64,000 nt of DNA, taken from positions 493 through 64,492 of the forward strand of contig CAJAUT010000006.1 in NCBI GenBank assembly GCA_903945195.1, written 5' to 3'. This document shows, piece by piece, positions 60,114-64,000 of the stretch; position 1 is the stretch's first letter, and the number at the start of each line of letters is the position of its first letter. A program made the position numbers and the translations under genes. The DNA is from an uncultured bacterium (GTDB lineage Bacteria; Patescibacteriota; Microgenomatia; UBA1400; UBA12108). A model generated the notes under the pieces. The model ran no database searches. It worked only from the letters and a program-made list of their open reading frames with translations, and was not told the DNA's origin.

Positions 60114-62873
60114 ATGGCTGACGAATCGATCGTAAAACCACTAGACCTAGACGAACCCGGGGATCAAACCCCCGAGGTTGAATCGTCCTCTGTGATTGAA
60201 ACCTCGGGGGTTTCAAGCGTTCCCACCGACGTGGTCACGACCGACCGCACCTCATTCCTCACCGTTGGTGCCCAAAAACCTTGGGATATCGAAGAAACCA
60301 AATTTGGCAAGATCGCAACCGTCGGAGTAGTTGATGAAATGAAAAAGTCCTACCTAGACTACGCCATGTCTGTCATCGTTTCACGCGCACTACCTGATGC
60401 TCGTGATGGTCTAAAACCAGTCCATCGCCGTATCCTGTATGGTATGAAAGAGCTCGCACTTTTACCACCAGCCAAATACAAGAAATGTGCCCGTATCGTG
60501 GGAGAGGTCCTAGGTAAATACCACCCACATGGTGATACCGCCGTTTACGATGCCTTAGCTCGTTTAGCCCAAGATTTCTCTATGCGCTACATGCTAGTTG
60601 ATGGACAAGGCAACTTTGGTAGTGTCGATGGTGACAGTCCAGCTGCCATGCGTTACACAGAAGCACGTCTAGCCAAGATCACAGGCGAAATCCTGGCCGA
60701 TCTAGACAAAGAGACAGTCGATTGGATCGACAACTTTGACGGTACTTTCCAGGAACCTACCGTCATGCCAGCTCGCCTACCAAATCTACTTCTCATGGGT
60801 TCAGACGGTATTGCCGTAGGTATGGCGACCAAGATCCCAACTCACAACATTGGCGAGATCATCGACGCTGTCACCACTCTCATCAGCATGGGCACTTCTC
60901 CTAGAGCCAAAGAGCTTACCAAAATCGAAGAAGATGATATCCAAAATATTTCTTACAAAGAATTAACCGGCGACTTTACCTCGCAGGCTTCCGTCGACGA
61001 TCTCCTCAAGCATGTCCAAGGACCAGATTTCCCTACAGGCGGCGTCATCTATGATGCAGCAGCTATCCGCGAAGTCTATGCTACCGGCAAAGGTCGCGTC
61101 GTCACCCGCGCAGTTGCCGAGATCGAAGAAACAAAGACTGGCAAATTCCAGATCGTCGTGACCGAGATCCCATACCAAGTCAACAAATCCAAGCTCATTC
61201 AAAAGATCGCTGATCTAGTTCGCGACAAAAAAATAGATGGTATCTCCGATCTACGTGACGAATCCGACCGCGAAGGTATGCGCATCGTCATCGAGCTCAA
61301 AAAAGCCAGTAAACCAAAGAGTGTCTTAAACAATCTCTACAAACACACAGAACTACAAAATAGCTTCCCAGCCAACATGGTCGCGCTAGACGAAGTGGGT
61401 ACTCCTCACCTCATGAACTTAAAGACCATTCTTTCTCATTATGTTAAACATCGTCAAACTGTTATAGTTCGTCGCTCACAATATGAGCTCAAAGAAGCTA
61501 GGGCTCGCATCCACATTCTCGAAGGTTATATCAAAGCGCTGGACCACTTAGATGAAGTCATCAAAACTATCCGCGGTAGTAAAGATACAGATGATGCCAA
61601 AACACAACTCATCAAAAAGTTTGGTTTTTCCGAGATACAAGCAGTTGCCATATTAGATATGCAACTTCGCCGTCTCTCCGCATTAGAGCGTAAAAAGATT
61701 GAAGACGAATATAACTTACTCATGATCAGGATCAACGAACTTTTGATTCTTCTCAAAGATCCTATTTCGATCTTAGGCACCATCACCAAAGAGCTAGCCG
61801 AACTTCGTGAGATCTATGGCGATCCTCGTAAAACCAAAGTCATCAAAGGTAAACTAGGTGAGTTTAGTGAAGAAGATCTAGTAGCTTCTGAAGACAATTT
61901 AGTTGCAATCACTCGCGATGGTTACGTCAAACGTATGCCTCTATCTACCTACAGAACTCAGCGTAGAGGTGGCAAAGGCGTTGTAGGCATGACTACCAAA
62001 GATACCGACGAGATCCTCCACATGACTGTCGGCAATACTCACGACTTTGCCTTATTCTTTACAAACACAGGCAAGGTTTACAGTATGCGCGTTTTCGAAC
62101 TTCCAGAGGGTAGTAGAACCGCCAAAGGCCAAGCTATCATCAATCTCTTAAATATAGAGCAAGGGGAGATGGTCCAGGCAGTGCTCACTGTAGGCAAAGA
62201 CTTGATCGGCGACAAAGGTCACTTTATCACTATGGCCACAGCCAATGGCATGATCAAAAAGACCCCACTTTCTGAGTACTCAAATATCCGCGGTAGCGGC
62301 AAGATCGGTATCTCACTTCGTGACGGTGACCAACTCATCAAAGTAGAGATCAGCCACGGTCAAAACTATTTAATCCTAGTGACCAAGGGTGGCAAATCCA
62401 TTAAATTCAAAGAAACAGATGTTACCGCCACCGGTCGTGACACCATGGGTGTCAAAGGTATGACCCTCAAAGCAGGTGACTCTGTAATAGCCATGGAGAC
62501 AGTCGAGATCGCCCCGCCAAAGCCAGACGACAAAAGACGCAAATTCTTTAGAGAAATCCTCGTAGTCACTCAAAATGGTCTAGGCAAACGCACAGACGTA
62601 GGTGAATATCCAGATCAAAAGAGGGGAGGACAAGGTGTCAAAGTAGCCGAGCTATCCGACAGAACTGGAGAGATTGCTGCCGTACGCATGGTGACCGAAG
62701 ATGATGAGCAAGTAGTCATCACCACCAAGCAAGCTCAAGTCATCAAGTTGCCTCTCAAAAATATCAAAGTCCTAGGCCGCTCTACCCAGGGTGTCATCCT
62801 CATGCGCCCCGCCACAGGCGATGTGGTCACCTCTGTGACCACTCTCCAGGAAGCCGAAGAAGAGGAAGCTTAA
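60114..62873 (+). CDS. gyrA: DNA gyrase subunit A
   Basis: [20 protein letters not shown], GyrA-box QRRGGKG. Confidence 0.97.
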   Translation: MADESIVKPLDLDEPGDQTPEVESSSVIETSGVSSVPTDVVTTDRTSFLTVGAQKPWDIEETKFGKIATVGVVDEMKKSYLDYAMSVIVSRALPDARDGLKPVHRRILYGMKELALLPPAKYKKCARIVGEVLGKYHPHGDTAVYDALARLAQDFSMRYMLVDGQGNFGSVDGDSPAAMRYTEARLAKITGEILADLDKETVDWIDNFDGTFQEPTVMPARLPNLLLMGSDGIAVGMATKIPTHNIGEIIDAVTTLISMGTSPRAKELTKIEEDDIQNISYKELTGDFTSQASVDDLLKHVQGPDFPTGGVIYDAAAIREVYATGKGRVVTRAVAEIEETKTGKFQIVVTEIPYQVNKSKLIQKIADLVRDKKIDGISDLRDESDREGMRIVIELKKASKPKSVLNNLYKHTELQNSFPANMVALDEVGTPHLMNLKTILSHYVKHRQTVIVRRSQYELKEARARIHILEGYIKALDHLDEVIKTIRGSKDTDDAKTQLIKKFGFSEIQAVAILDMQLRRLSALERKKIEDEYNLLMIRINELLILLKDPISILGTITKELAELREIYGDPRKTKVIKGKLGEFSEEDLVASEDNLVAITRDGYVKRMPLSTYRTQRRGGKGVVGMTTKDTDEILHMTVGNTHDFALFFTNTGKVYSMRVFELPEGSRTAKGQAIINLLNIEQGEMVQAVLTVGKDLIGDKGHFITMATANGMIKKTPLSEYSNIRGSGKIGISLRDGDQLIKVEISHGQNYLILVTKGGKSIKFKETDVTATGRDTMGVKGMTLKAGDSVIAMETVEIAPPKPDDKRRKFFREILVVTQNGLGKRTDVGEYPDQKRGGQGVKVAELSDRTGEIAAVRMVTEDDEQVVITTKQAQVIKLPLKNIKVLGRSTQGVILMRPATGDVVTSVTTLQEAEEEEA

Positions 62874-62909
62874 TAGATTCTTAATCTAGCTTCAGGTAAA
62901 CTGGTATCT

Positions 62910-63182
62910 ATGGATATTACTTTGCTAGTACACATCGCGACCTCAGTAGCTACTTTGCTCATCTCCAGCTTTGCTTGGTATAAACCCAGTATCAACATCG
63001 AATCATATCTAAACAAATTTTCCCTCATCTCTATCATCACAGGACTTCTGGTAAGTCTAGGACAGCCACTAACTTTGGCTTATTGTGCTAAACTGGGCCT
63101 GTATCTGAGCGCGATTATCGCTACAAAATATATGCTTTTTATACAAAGCAAAAGGAACACATATGATCAAAATAGGGGATAA
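62910..63182 (+). CDS. Small membrane protein
   Basis: Three hydrophobic segments. Confidence 0.55.
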   Translation: MDITLLVHIATSVATLLISSFAWYKPSINIESYLNKFSLISIITGLLVSLGQPLTLAYCAKLGLYLSAIIATKYMLFIQSKRNTYDQNRG

Positions 63183-63729
63183 AGTCAAAGATCTTTCACT
63201 CGACGTTTTTTACGAAGAAAATATCAAGAAAATAAATCTAGGTGATTACGCGGGCAAATGGCTAATCTTACTTTTTTACCCAGCCGACTTTACTTTTGTT
63301 TGTCCCACAGAGTTAGAAGATGCCGCCAAACATTACAAAGAGTTTAGTGACCTAGGTGCAGAGATCATCTCTATCTCTACAGATACTGCTTTCGTCCACA
63401 AAGCTTGGCACGACAATTCCATCGCCATCAAAAAAGTCACTTATCCCATGGGAGCAGACCCAACCGGCAATATCTGCCGTGAATTTGGTACATATATAGA
63501 TGATGAAGGTTTATCCCAAAGAGCCACATTTATCATCGATCCAGACGGAAAAGTAGTAGCTTACGAAATTCACGACAACTCTATCGGTAGAAACATAGAG
63601 GAGATCTTGCGCAAACTCCAAGCCGCCAAATTTGTGCGGGACAATGATGGCGCCATAGTGTGTCCTGCGAGCTGGCACCCAGGGGAAAAAACTCTAAAAC
63701 CTGGTGTCGATTTGGTTGGGAAAATCTAA
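63163..63729 (+). CDS. ahpC: 2-Cys peroxiredoxin AhpC
   Basis: FYPADFTFVCPTE, VCPASW. Confidence 0.95.
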   Translation: MIKIGDKVKDLSLDVFYEENIKKINLGDYAGKWLILLFYPADFTFVCPTELEDAAKHYKEFSDLGAEIISISTDTAFVHKAWHDNSIAIKKVTYPMGADPTGNICREFGTYIDDEGLSQRATFIIDPDGKVVAYEIHDNSIGRNIEEILRKLQAAKFVRDNDGAIVCPASWHPGEKTLKPGVDLVGKI

Positions 63730-64000
63730 CTTATCTTCTTGCCGCTGATCATCACAGTCACCATCTTGCCTTGCTCACTAAACTCAAGTGTCAGGTCGTG
63801 CATCTTACACATATCAGAGACAATAGACATACCTATACCGTGCCCGGCAGTCTCACCAGTCTTATATTTTCTTTCTACTATTCGTGCTTCGTCCAAATTA
63901 TTTTTAGTCGTATTTGATAATTGAATTTGCCATTTATCTTTTTGCATATTGGCCTTTATAATAATTTCCCCTTTATCTTTATTGTGCTTGATTGCATTAT
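63726..64000 (-). CDS. Sensor histidine kinase C-terminus (partial)
   Basis: Frame open to window end: NAIKHN N-box and GHGIGMSIV G2-box. Confidence 0.8.
   Translation of the reverse strand, partial: NAIKHNKDKGEIIIKANMQKDKWQIQLSNTTKNNLDEARIVERKYKTGETAGHGIGMSIVSDMCKMHDLTLEFSEQGKMVTVMISGKKIS

Overview
The window looks like a Patescibacteria (CPR, Microgenomates-like) chromosome segment; this is inferred from gene content and style, not from a marker search. Bases 1-27,000 are an accessory zone around four tRNA genes (Lys-CTT, Leu-GAG, Gln-TTG, Leu-TAG). Three large serine recombinase (LSR) genes (one window-truncated, one complete, one remnant) each read into the 3' end of a tRNA on the antisense strand. 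Bases 27,000-64,000 are mostly housekeeping: tig, tRNA-Val, thrS-infC-rpmI-rplT, an AlaX-PheS fusion, pheT, a class A PBP, tyrS, recG-rpmF-nusB-rnc-rpsP-khpA, a type IV pilus locus, a REP-associated transposase, gyrB-ppa-gyrA and ahpC. The best candidate for a new system lies downstream of tRNA-Gln. A 4.5-kb LSR + rolling-circle Rep element is followed by a tandem array of single-gene cassettes (13,071-17,122). Each cassette has a shared left end containing an extended -10 promoter and a shared 28-bp right end resembling the tRNA-Gln 3' end with the GGTTC motif shifted 5 bp. This suggests an integron-like array that uses a serine recombinase and a tRNA instead of IntI/attC. The same +5 geometry recurs twice in the tRNA-Leu(TAG) island. 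Other notable items: tandem tRNA-5'-fragment repeats carrying a palindromic insert at both Leu tRNAs, a putative peptide-modification gene set, an IS with a homopolymer frameshift, and widespread leaderless-type promoters. All product calls come from motif recognition by eye; no database searches were run.
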